NCBI GenBank assembly: GCA_000375685.1
Contig: AQVQ01000001.1
Location: forward strand, 1-43,826
Source: a crenarchaeote SCGC AAA261-N23
Lineage (GTDB): Archaea; Thermoproteota; Thermoprotei; Gearchaeales; Gearchaeaceae
Length of the DNA stretch: 43,826 bases
Direction: 5' to 3'
The translations under genes and the position numbers were made by a program. Shown one piece after another: positions 17,840 through 26,357 of the stretch (the stretch's first letter is position 1; each line of letters opens with the position of its first letter). The notes below the pieces were generated by a model. The model did no database searches and was not told the origin of the DNA. It saw nothing but the letters and a program-made list of their open reading frames with translations.

Positions 17840-17953
17840 GTACTTGCTGAACTGCTTCGAAACCTAAGAGACCTAGGTTCTCCTGATAATTTGTAACTAA
17901 ATTTATCATGACCTAGCCCCCTCCTAAACGGGCAGGCTTTCGTATTTATAAAA
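17840..17953 (-). repeat. Degenerate fragment (~110 nt) of the element retaining the TTAC-proximal end (approximate left boundary)
   Basis: ...AACCTAAGAGA...GCCCCCTCCTAAACGGGCAGGCTTTCGTATTTATAAAA aligns with ...TTCCTAAGAGA...CATCCCCGCCATAAATGACGAGGCTTTCATTTATGTAA of the full copies. Confidence 0.5.
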
Positions 17954-17986
17954 TGGACCTAGAAATAATTTTCGAGTAATACGCTG

Positions 17987-18778
17987 CTATACTCCGCTTA
18001 TCGTAATTAATAAATCTGTTAGAGCGCTTACTAAAAACCCTAGAAAGATTCCCGACATGAACAAATGCCCACTTATTTGCCTTCTTCCAACATTATAAAG
18101 AATCAGTATAACATAAATTAAAGCCCCCCCTGCTATTGATAAAAAGAATATGTAAGTTAAAGTTGAGAAATACATGCTTCCTATTATTGTTCCTAAAAAT
18201 GTAGGAGCCCCGCCTAGAGTTAAAATACCTAAAATAAAAGCGTAATTTATTTTTTCTTTCATTCCAGTCAAAGGAGCAAGTATTCCAAATCCTTCTGTTG
18301 CATTGTGTGCACCAAAACCAACAATAAGAAGCAAGGCTAAACTTATTGCCCCTGAAGCATATGATTGCCCTATTGCAAGACCCTCACTTAAATTATGTAC
18401 CCCTATACCTAGTGCAATCATTGTGGCTAATCTACTTCTTAAGTTTGTCTCGGATTGATTTGGATTCATATATCTGCTTTCATAGTAAGCCAATCCTATT
18501 AGTCCTATGGCTAAACCTAGAAAAAGTATAGTTAGATCTTCTAAAGGAATAAACATTGATACATTTCCTTCAAATGCTGATTTTAAATCATCAACAGCAA
18601 TTTCCCATGTATCGGATATTATTTCTATCAATAAGAAAACTAAGATTCCTGCAGCTAAAGCATTCAAAAATCCTTTTGTTATATTGCCAATAGTTTTAGA
18701 AATAATAAGGGGAAAGCCTAAGAATATGGTAAACCCTGCTATTGCCCCTAAAGCAAGAAGTTGAATGAAGTCAACCAT
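17987..18778 (-). CDS. ZIP-family divalent metal (zinc/iron) transporter
   Basis: 263 aa, 8 TM, with HNLSEGLAIG and GAHNATEGFG motifs typical of ZupT/ZIP proteins. Confidence 0.8.
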   Translation of the reverse strand: MVDFIQLLALGAIAGFTIFLGFPLIISKTIGNITKGFLNALAAGILVFLLIEIISDTWEIAVDDLKSAFEGNVSMFIPLEDLTILFLGLAIGLIGLAYYESRYMNPNQSETNLRSRLATMIALGIGVHNLSEGLAIGQSYASGAISLALLLIVGFGAHNATEGFGILAPLTGMKEKINYAFILGILTLGGAPTFLGTIIGSMYFSTLTYIFFLSIAGGALIYVILILYNVGRRQISGHLFMSGIFLGFLVSALTDLLITISGV

Positions 18779-18871
18779 TTCTAATCACCGAATTTTGAAA
18801 CATATAAAATGAGAGTGTAGCTGAACATTGGTTTACATTAAATATTCCCATATTTTCTTTTTATAACACCG

Positions 18872-20893
18872 TTATAAATCTTTTCTCCTAAGATTTATAA
18901 ATTTATATGTATCAGATTTGATTAGAAATCTTTCCTTAAACCAATTCCTAAAATCATAGGCATACTCATTATCATAAGGGCATGCAGAGATGCAAAATCC
19001 ACATCCTATGCACTTATGCGACTTAAACTCACCCTCTTCAATAAATTTCTCAGGCATATCTGTTAAGCTTGTGGGACATGCCTTTGCACAATCCCATGTA
19101 GGGCATTTTGCACATACATCAATACTTTTCACCTTTAATTTAAAGAAACCCAATTTTCCAACATATTGGGCGAATAGGCCATAATGGCAAGAGCCTGTTG
19201 TTACACAAGAATATACACCAACAAAAGGTGTTAGAATAAATAGTATTTGTACTATAAAGTGAAAGTAAAATTCAGTAGTAAAATTCATTATATCTTCATT
19301 GTATAAACTTAAGTTTATGAAACCGACAGAGTTCAAATAAGATAATACAGCAGCGAAAATAACCCAAATCCATACAAAGTTACTTATAACTCTATATGCT
19401 TTATTTATTCTGCTTGTTGCAAACTTCTTTGCTACCTTGGCATTAGTGTTATAATATTTAAGCGAATCAAAAAATGTGCCTTGATAATAAGCTGCTATAT
19501 GGCATGTTACAGAACAAAGCCATTTTGGACCAAATAATATTGAAAGAGCGCCTGCACCGAAATAAGTTATTGCCAGAGCAATTAAAAAAGCAGGTGCAAC
19601 AGGGCCACTCGATCCAATACCATGAATATATCCTAAAAAAGGTATTGAAGGAAGCTGATCTTCTGAGAACAAAAAGTATGATGGTATGATTGTATAGAAA
19701 ACATACGCTAATACCAATAAAATAAGCCTGATTTTTGTTTCAATTTGCTTAACATCTTTTATTTTCAACAAAACCAATGCGCCAAACCAAAGGGCCATTG
19801 TCATAAAGCTACCTGCTGAATCCATTAGATAAATAAAGTAGATTATAAAGTTGTATAGAGAGTTTGCTAAGATTACGTAAAGATTACCTTGAAGCGGTGC
19901 AAGGGTAATGCCTTCCACGAAATCCTTTCCGTAAATTACAATATCGATCGCACCGCCCATGAATAACATCGAAACATAGGAAGTAACTAATATTGAAAAT
20001 ACCCACCATGGCTTAAACAACCAGATAAATTTCTTAGAAAGTATGAATTTTGACCTGTTAACTATGTAGAAAAAGTAAAGTGACATTTCAGCGATGAGTG
20101 ATAAAGCTAATATTGTAGCGTTACCATCTACCATCCACTCGTAAATTCCACCCATCATGAAAGCAAAGATTATGAATAGAATGAGCAAGTAGTTCGAGAA
20201 TTCCTGATTAACTTCCTTAGTTTTATACAGGTCATGTAAAATGAGTATAAACAAAATGGTCATAACAACAGAACCTACAACTGTACTCAAATTCATCCAC
20301 AAATCTGAACTTATTGCTGTTGGTGTAAATATCATGATTAATGCTTGGAACAGGGCAACGATTAAAAAACCTCTGAAAGTCCCTTTTTTAAGTAAATATG
20401 TTGTAAGAATCATTTCAGTTCCCATAGGAAATATGAACCAATAAGAATTGATAACGTTGGCAAACAAAGTTAAAGGAGAACTTAGCATTAAATTAATACT
20501 ATAAAGATCAGGCTGTGTTATCAATCCAAATGCCCATCCCATGAAAAATTCATTGACTAATACAAGAAAAATTAAAGCCGTAATACTCTTTCTTTTTATA
20601 GGTTTTCCCCTTTCCTCACCTATCAAACTTGAAAGAATTGGGATTGCAGCGATCCACATAACAAGTTGGTTAAATCCAATTGCAATCCAAAGATTTTGAA
20701 AACTTGGCTGAAGATAATAAATTGTTGCTCCTACAAACATTGAGGCCATCATGGCCAAAACAAATATATTTATAGCGTATCTCAAGTAAGATTTAGCTTG
20801 TTCAAACCACTTCACGGAATATGCAATATAAACAGCCATTAAGGCTGCAATGATTATAAGAGGTAAATTTATCATCAAGTCAAATTCCATCAC
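18872..20893 (-). CDS. Large polytopic membrane protein fused to a NapH/CcoG-like module with two 4Fe-4S ferredoxin motifs
   Basis: 673 aa. The first ~450 aa are an orphan multi-TM domain. Then come CSVTCH and CVTTGSCH membrane-proximal Cys motifs, followed by CAKCPTWDCAKACP and CIGCGFCISACP. Confidence 0.6.
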   Translation of the reverse strand: MMEFDLMINLPLIIIAALMAVYIAYSVKWFEQAKSYLRYAINIFVLAMMASMFVGATIYYLQPSFQNLWIAIGFNQLVMWIAAIPILSSLIGEERGKPIKRKSITALIFLVLVNEFFMGWAFGLITQPDLYSINLMLSSPLTLFANVINSYWFIFPMGTEMILTTYLLKKGTFRGFLIVALFQALIMIFTPTAISSDLWMNLSTVVGSVVMTILFILILHDLYKTKEVNQEFSNYLLILFIIFAFMMGGIYEWMVDGNATILALSLIAEMSLYFFYIVNRSKFILSKKFIWLFKPWWVFSILVTSYVSMLFMGGAIDIVIYGKDFVEGITLAPLQGNLYVILANSLYNFIIYFIYLMDSAGSFMTMALWFGALVLLKIKDVKQIETKIRLILLVLAYVFYTIIPSYFLFSEDQLPSIPFLGYIHGIGSSGPVAPAFLIALAITYFGAGALSILFGPKWLCSVTCHIAAYYQGTFFDSLKYYNTNAKVAKKFATSRINKAYRVISNFVWIWVIFAAVLSYLNSVGFINLSLYNEDIMNFTTEFYFHFIVQILFILTPFVGVYSCVTTGSCHYGLFAQYVGKLGFFKLKVKSIDVCAKCPTWDCAKACPTSLTDMPEKFIEEGEFKSHKCIGCGFCISACPYDNEYAYDFRNWFKERFLIKSDTYKFINLRRKDL

Positions 20894-20993
20894 TGAATAT
20901 TAATTCTTTGTGTTTAAAAAAAGTAATATCGGATATTATTATATGCAAATTTATGTATGGTAAATTTTAAATCGAGATGATATTTAAAATCCG

Positions 20994-21560
20994 ATGGATA
21001 TAAGGTTTAAAAGATATACCGCTGATTTTTTAGTTGCTGTTTTGTTTATAGTCATCTTTGTTAATCCCTATGTAGAAAATTTAATGTACTATGATCCATT
21101 ACTTTATATGTTATCACATTATTCAATTTATGCTGCAGGACTTATTTTGGGCTATAGATTTCTTAAAACAAACCAAATTTACTTTTATCTAGGCATTGTT
21201 CCTGCAGCAATTTGGCATCTGCCTTATCCTTTTATTTTAGGCGCCTCTAACTTTTATTACAGATTGCTTTCAGAAGTCACTTTATTCTTTGGAGGAATAA
21301 GCACTGGAAGTTCTATAAACTCTGTAAGTTTTAAAACTAAAATAACCTTCTTAACCTTATGGATGGTAGGAGATACATACTTATCTATTTTATTCCTTTT
21401 GGGAACTAAAGAGTACACGAAGTTGGTTTATAACTTCTCTTATTATCTTCCCCAACAGCTCCCTATAGTAGGAATTTCAATGCTTATACTAATGAACTTA
21501 GTAATCGCATATGTTATATACGTTTATGTGAAAAGTTACCTGAGACATGGATATACATGA
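20994..21560 (+). CDS. Membrane protein, unknown function (about 5 TM)
   Basis: 188-aa hydrophobic ORF with aromatic-rich loops. There is no confident family call. Confidence 0.5.
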   Translation: MDIRFKRYTADFLVAVLFIVIFVNPYVENLMYYDPLLYMLSHYSIYAAGLILGYRFLKTNQIYFYLGIVPAAIWHLPYPFILGASNFYYRLLSEVTLFFGGISTGSSINSVSFKTKITFLTLWMVGDTYLSILFLLGTKEYTKLVYNFSYYLPQQLPIVGISMLILMNLVIAYVIYVYVKSYLRHGYT

Positions 21561-21727
21561 ACTTTGAATTAAGAGATTTTTTACTACCTATTTAAGTAAA
21601 ACTTATTGAACTTTCCTTTCTTAATAATAACCTTAAGCGGACTTAGTTTATCTTGCGAAGTAAAAAATTGTGTAATTATGTACAGATTTAATCATGTTTG
21701 CTCTAATGAGACTTTACTCTAATTCTT

Positions 21728-22084
21728 CTGACCTCCTCCCCACCCTAGAAGGGTGAGGGTTCCCTTTTAGAGTAGCTCAAAGGTTTCCAGCATTGATTCG
21801 TAGCTACATGTCTCATTTGCTGGACAGTCGGGAGGATCAGAGCTTCCCCCATTTTATCTGGTCCTAAAAAGAAACCTTCATTAAAAGGGTTGCCAGCCCT
21901 GTATCTGGATTCTATTAAGAATCCTTCATTCAATAATTGCAACGCTGAATGCTCCTTCCTAAGTCCCATAATGCCCTCTATCGAGCTTAGGAAGAGCGTC
22001 ACTGAATTTCCTAAAAAAATTTAAATTTTAATTATTTAAGCCTTTTCATCCCCGCCATAAATGACGAGGCTTTCATTTATGTAA
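21728..22084 (-). mobile_element. R3: near-consensus copy of the ~350-bp element (357 bp)
   Basis: On the + strand it reads CTGACCTCCTCCCCACCCTAGAAGGGTGAGGG ... GAGGCTTTCATTTATGTAA. It is about 89% identical to R7 by hand alignment and lies between convergent genes. Confidence 0.9.
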
Positions 22085-22198
22085 AAAATATCATAAATAG
22101 CCGAATTGGTATAAATAATTTTTTAATTCTTTTAGTTCAAACAAAAATAATAGAATCTGAATAATATTGATGCTATAAAGATGAAAAGTTGATGAAAG

Positions 22199-22999
22199 TT
22201 ATAACCTAGTACTTTGTATATATATATTTGAACACTGTATTCTGTTTAATTGCCTTAAATTCAATTTCAATGCTATAGCCGTCACAGATGGTAAAATTAT
22301 GTAAAGAGAAAATAAAGTCCAATAACCTACAGGAGTAAGCAAAATACCCAATGCAATGGATGGAAGAAATATAGTAATTAAGTAAGGTATAGATAAGCAG
22401 CATGTACTTCCACTAATCACGCCGAAAAGAGGTAATAGAGCTATATATTTAAAGCTTTTACCTAAAGAAAATAATTCTAAGGCCCTTATTATATTTGAAG
22501 AAACCAAGAAAGCAACTATTAATCCTAAAACAATGCTGTAAAAGGATAGTATAATTCCGAAGTAGGGAGGAGTAATTATTGCTATTACAGGATTATAGGT
22601 TAAAGTAATCAAAGCTCCGAAGAAATCTGAATTTATAATAGGATTTAATGCGAAGGATATTCTAAAATCGCTTACTTTAATGTTTCCTGGGAAAAGGAAA
22701 AGAAGTAAAGCTTCCAAGGCAATACTATACACAAAATAATGGATTACCAGGTATACTCCTAAAATAGTTATTGCGAGTTTCCTTTTATAAGCCCCAAAAA
22801 TGATTTCGATCGTGTCTTTTAAAGGAAACTGGAATACAGCAAGAGAGAAAATTGCCCAAAATAAGGTAATTAAAATCAATGTCTCTACTGCATATTCTAC
22901 TTCATTCAAATATGATAAAATTATATAAATTGATGCTAAGATAGCAATGTAAAAGCTAAGGAGTACCTTTGAATTCACAAAAGAAAATTCCTTAACCAT
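22199..22999 (-). CDS. Membrane protein, unknown function (about 8 TM)
   Basis: 266-aa hydrophobic ORF with no recognisable motif. Confidence 0.5.
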   Translation of the reverse strand: MVKEFSFVNSKVLLSFYIAILASIYIILSYLNEVEYAVETLILITLFWAIFSLAVFQFPLKDTIEIIFGAYKRKLAITILGVYLVIHYFVYSIALEALLLFLFPGNIKVSDFRISFALNPIINSDFFGALITLTYNPVIAIITPPYFGIILSFYSIVLGLIVAFLVSSNIIRALELFSLGKSFKYIALLPLFGVISGSTCCLSIPYLITIFLPSIALGILLTPVGYWTLFSLYIILPSVTAIALKLNLRQLNRIQCSNIYIQSTRL

Positions 23000-23049
23000 T
23001 TATTTAAATTAAATACACAAGATTGAATTAATTCAATTACAAATATAGA

Positions 23050-23907
23050 TTGATGGAAGTTAAAATATTTCCTACGAATGCGCCTGAATTACTAAAAGAA
23101 GGAGTAAATATCATTTCAAAATCATGGGGAAGCAATGATTTTGCCACTTTTCTTAAAGATCTCTTAGTAGCAATAACTCATAATGGAGGTTTAGCTCTTA
23201 TAGCTTATCATGGAAATGAAATGGTGGGTTTTTCCTTTGCTATAAGAGCTTTTAGAAAGGGAAAGTATTATTTATATTCTCACCAAACAGGGGTAATTCC
23301 GGAATATAGGAATTCAGAGATAGGTTATCAATTAAAATTAAAGCAGAGAGAATGGGCGATTCAGAATAATATAGATTTAATTTCATGGACCTTCGATCCA
23401 CTACAGGGTCTAAATTCTAGATTTAATTTGCACAAATTAGGAGTCATTGTTAGAGTTTATCATAGAAACCATTATGGCATAATGACAGATGCGCTGAATA
23501 AAGGAATGCCCTCAGACAGATTTGTAGCGGAATGGTACATAAATACTGACCATGTAAAAAAGAGATTGAACAAAGTTTTTGAGAAATACAAGGCTGAGAA
23601 AAGCGCTATTAAAACAAGGGAAAAAAACGGTTATAGGATTGTAGAAGATATCGATTTAAGTATTGATGATGAGAACTTTCTTATCGAAATTCCTTATGAT
23701 ATTAATCTTATTAAAAAGAAAGATATGGAAGAAGCTTTGAGATGGAGAAAGCTAACTGCAGAAGTTTACATAAAGTATTTTAAGTCTGGATATTTACTCA
23801 TTGATTCAATCACCACAGATAATAGGAATTTCCAAATAGCGACTAAAACTATTCCAGCCGGCATAGAAAAAGAAAGCATTTTTTCAGATTTACTTAACGA
23901 AGGGTAA
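23050..23907 (+). CDS. GNAT-superfamily acetyltransferase-like protein (COG3375-like)
   Basis: 285 aa. The segment GFSFAIRAF...YLYSHQTGVIPEYRNSEIGYQLKLKQREWAIQNNIDLISWTFDPLQ resembles the predicted GNAT family with a conserved TFDPL motif. Confidence 0.45.
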   Translation: MMEVKIFPTNAPELLKEGVNIISKSWGSNDFATFLKDLLVAITHNGGLALIAYHGNEMVGFSFAIRAFRKGKYYLYSHQTGVIPEYRNSEIGYQLKLKQREWAIQNNIDLISWTFDPLQGLNSRFNLHKLGVIVRVYHRNHYGIMTDALNKGMPSDRFVAEWYINTDHVKKRLNKVFEKYKAEKSAIKTREKNGYRIVEDIDLSIDDENFLIEIPYDINLIKKKDMEEALRWRKLTAEVYIKYFKSGYLLIDSITTDNRNFQIATKTIPAGIEKESIFSDLLNEG

Positions 23908-24120
23908 GAATGTTAGAAAAACAAAATTGGTATTAGATCCATAATAGTCTTTCTAATTTTAAACTAATTATCAGAAGCGGACAATTTCATCATAGATTCA
24001 GTCTGTGGAGTTTCCTTCCTTAAATATATATTATAGCTCGAAATATTTCAAAGTAATTTAACAAAAGATGGGATATTGTATCCCTCAAAAATATATACAT
24101 TAAGGATAAAGAGAGAATTA

Positions 24121-24473
24121 CTGACATCCTCCCCACCCTAGAAGGGTTAGGGTTTCAACTTCTAGAGTAGTTCATAAGTTCCCAGCATTTATTCGGAGCT
24201 ACAACTCGCACTTGCTGGACATTGGAAGGATCAGAGCTTCCCCATGCAATCTGGTCCTAATAAGGAGCCTTCATATAAAGGGTTGCCATCTCAAAATCTG
24301 GATTCTAAAAAGAATCTTTCATTCAATAAAAATACTGAACGCTTCTTAATAAGTCCCATCATTCCCTCAATCAAGCTTAGGAGGAGCGTTACTGAATTTC
24401 CTAAAAATTCTTATAAAATAAATGTTTAAGTCTATTCATCCCGCCATAAATAGCGATGCTCTCATTTATGTAA
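24121..24473 (-). mobile_element. R4: copy of the ~350-bp element (353 bp)
   Basis: On the + strand it reads CTGACATCCTCCCCACCCTAGAAGGGTTAGGG ... GATGCTCTCATTTATGTAA. It is collinear with R3/R7 and more diverged (about 75-80% by eye). Confidence 0.88.
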
Positions 24474-24661
24474 TATAAGGGAATTCTCTTTAAAGTTTCT
24501 AGAATTTAGGATTAAAATGAATCTATAAAGCTTTTCTTTAAAATTTATAGAAAAAGTTAAATAGAAATAGCTTGACAAATTAAAAGAATAAATTTCTTAC
24601 GTGCGAAAACCGAGTTTTGTATTATTAAAATTAATATATTCCATGTAGGAAGAAATGATAA

Positions 24662-25180
24662 ATGAGCGTTTTTGATCATGTTAAAACGAAGCTAGATTTC
24701 AGAGAATTTTCAGAAAAAGAGGTTCCTAAAGATATCAAGTTGAAAATTCTTGAAGCTGCAAGATACTCAAGTAGCGGCATAAATTCGCAACATTGGAGAT
24801 TCATTTTAGTTCAAGATAAAGAGAACTTGAAAAAACTTGCTGATGACAGCACAACAGGAAAATGGGTAGCTAAAGCTAATTTTGCAATTATAGTCGTTAC
24901 AAATCCAAAATATAACTTCCATTTAATAGATGCAGGAAGAGTTGCACAGAACATGCAGCTTGTTGCTTGGGAAAACGGGGTCATTTCTTGCATCTTCACC
25001 GGTTTTAAAGAAGACCAGCTTAAAAAAGACTTTAACATTCCAAATGATCTCAAACCATCCGTTGTAATTGGATTTGGTTATCCACCGAGAAAGATTATAG
25101 GCAAAAAGAATAGGAAACCTTTAGAAGAATTGGTTTTTATTGAGAAGTATGATAATAAATTAGACTTACAAAAATTTTAA
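24662..25180 (+). CDS. Nitroreductase-family (FMN-dependent) oxidoreductase
   Basis: 172 aa with the nitroreductase-fold pattern (ILEAARYSSSGINSQHWRFILV ... DAGRVAQNMQLVAWENG). Confidence 0.7.
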   Translation: MSVFDHVKTKLDFREFSEKEVPKDIKLKILEAARYSSSGINSQHWRFILVQDKENLKKLADDSTTGKWVAKANFAIIVVTNPKYNFHLIDAGRVAQNMQLVAWENGVISCIFTGFKEDQLKKDFNIPNDLKPSVVIGFGYPPRKIIGKKNRKPLEELVFIEKYDNKLDLQKF

Positions 25181-25289
25181 TGATCTTTTATTAAAGAAAG
25201 ATTTATTTTTTATTAAAACTTAGTTTCTTAAAAATATTCTATATTTAATTATTCATCAAATAATTCTATAGTATAAAACTGTACTAAAT

Positions 25290-25350
25290 TCAATTAAAAG
25301 TTAGATTCTTACCTTCTCCCCTAAATGATGAAGGCTTTCAATAGTTGTAA
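25290..25350 (-). repeat. ~60-nt fragment of the element retaining the TTAC-proximal end
   Basis: AATTAAAAGTTAGATTCTTACCTTCTCCCCTAAATGATGAAGGCTTTCAATAGTTGTAA aligns with AATTTTAATTATTTAAGCCTTTTCATCCCCGCCATAAATGACGAGGCTTTCATTTATGTAA. Confidence 0.55.
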
Positions 25351-25542
25351 GCAGTTCCATTTATTAAGATGAATGATGATCAGCTCTTGATATTAATGGA
25401 TTTGGTAAATATTGTGGAGATGATTATTTTCTAACCCTACCATGTTGAATGATAACTTAGCAACAGTAAATAAGTATATAAAAAAGTGTCAACCATAGAT
25501 AAAGCTAAGCCAACCGTTTCTAATTGAAAGTTAATACAATTA

Positions 25543-25839
25543 TCAGCTTGATCTCAGTATATGAAATCCTACAATTATGCTAGATAATGACGAAAAAACA
25601 AAGCCTATAATATAACCAAAATTATAAGTAATCAAAAGTCCTTCAAAAATCGGACCTATAAAAGCTCCAATCCCAAAACTGGTTAGAAGAATGCCAAATA
25701 TTGTGCCATATTGAGCTGTTCCGTAGTTTTTTCTTATAATCAAAGAGAATTGAGGAATATAGAATAATCCATAAGTTAAAAAAACTCCTACACAGGAATT
25801 ATATAAAAATAGTGCTATTATTCTTAATGAACTTCTCAT
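25543..25839 (-). pseudogene. C-terminal remnant (last ~3 TM helices) of an MFS transporter
   Basis: The 98-aa ORF looks like the tail of an oxalate/formate-antiporter-type MFS protein (GILLTSFGIGAFIGPIFEGLL). There is no upstream coding continuation. R5 lies about 90 bp beyond its start. Confidence 0.5.
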
Positions 25840-25926
25840 CTAACGAGATATTGAAAAATAAGATTTTTTTAATTCTTCTAAGTTCATTATATTTTCTGAT
25901 TTTCTAAAATTTAATTAACGATTCTA

Positions 25927-26249
25927 TCTGATTGCATTTCATGGTTCCCAACATTGATTCGGAGTACAGCTCTCATTTGTTTAGCATTCTTATAGTTAGA
26001 TTAGAACTCTCCACATCTTATCAAGTTTAAATAAACCTTCCATTTAAAGGGTCGCTAACCAAGATCTGTATTTTAAAAAGAACTCCTCATTTAAATTTAA
26101 TAATTGGAATGCTGAATGCTCCTCCTTAGTCTCCTAAAGTCTTCTATCGAGCTTAGGAAGATTTCACCGAATTTCATATAGATTTTTTAAATTCTCAGAT
26201 ATTTAATCTTTTCATCCCCGCTCTTAAGAGCAGGCTTTCATTTCAATAA
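25927..26249 (-). mobile_element. R5: degenerate copy of the element lacking the TCAG-end hairpin (~323 bp)
   Basis: On the + strand, CTGA at 25927 is joined to TTGCATTTCATGGTTCCCAACATTGATTCGGAGTACAGCTCTCATTTGTT ... GCTCTTAAGAGCAGGCTTTCATTTCAATAA. About 45 nt are missing after CTGA, and the terminus reads ATAA instead of GTAA. Confidence 0.7.
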
Positions 26250-26357
26250 CCTTGATTAGAATAATTGAAATATAGCCAGATATGAAAAGAGAATTATTTT
26301 GTAAAGATGTGTATGAATAATCATTGAAAATATTATTATTTATTTATGCTAATAAAC

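Noticed and set aside
21728-21840. Long-range pairing of the element terminus CTGACCTCC with the internal GGAGGATCAG (21831-21840), as a possible cleavage-site guide or pseudoknot
   Set aside because: The complementarity holds in R3/R7 and partly in R4, but it is lost in R2 and R6 without compensation. I do not count it as supported.
21728-22084. Self-cleaving ribozyme cores (hammerhead CUGANGA...GAAA, twister, HDV-like) or group I/II intron signatures in the element
   Set aside because: I found no CTGATGA/GAAA core arrangement, no group II domain V-like hairpin, and no host gene being interrupted. Absence by eye is not proof, but nothing supports it.
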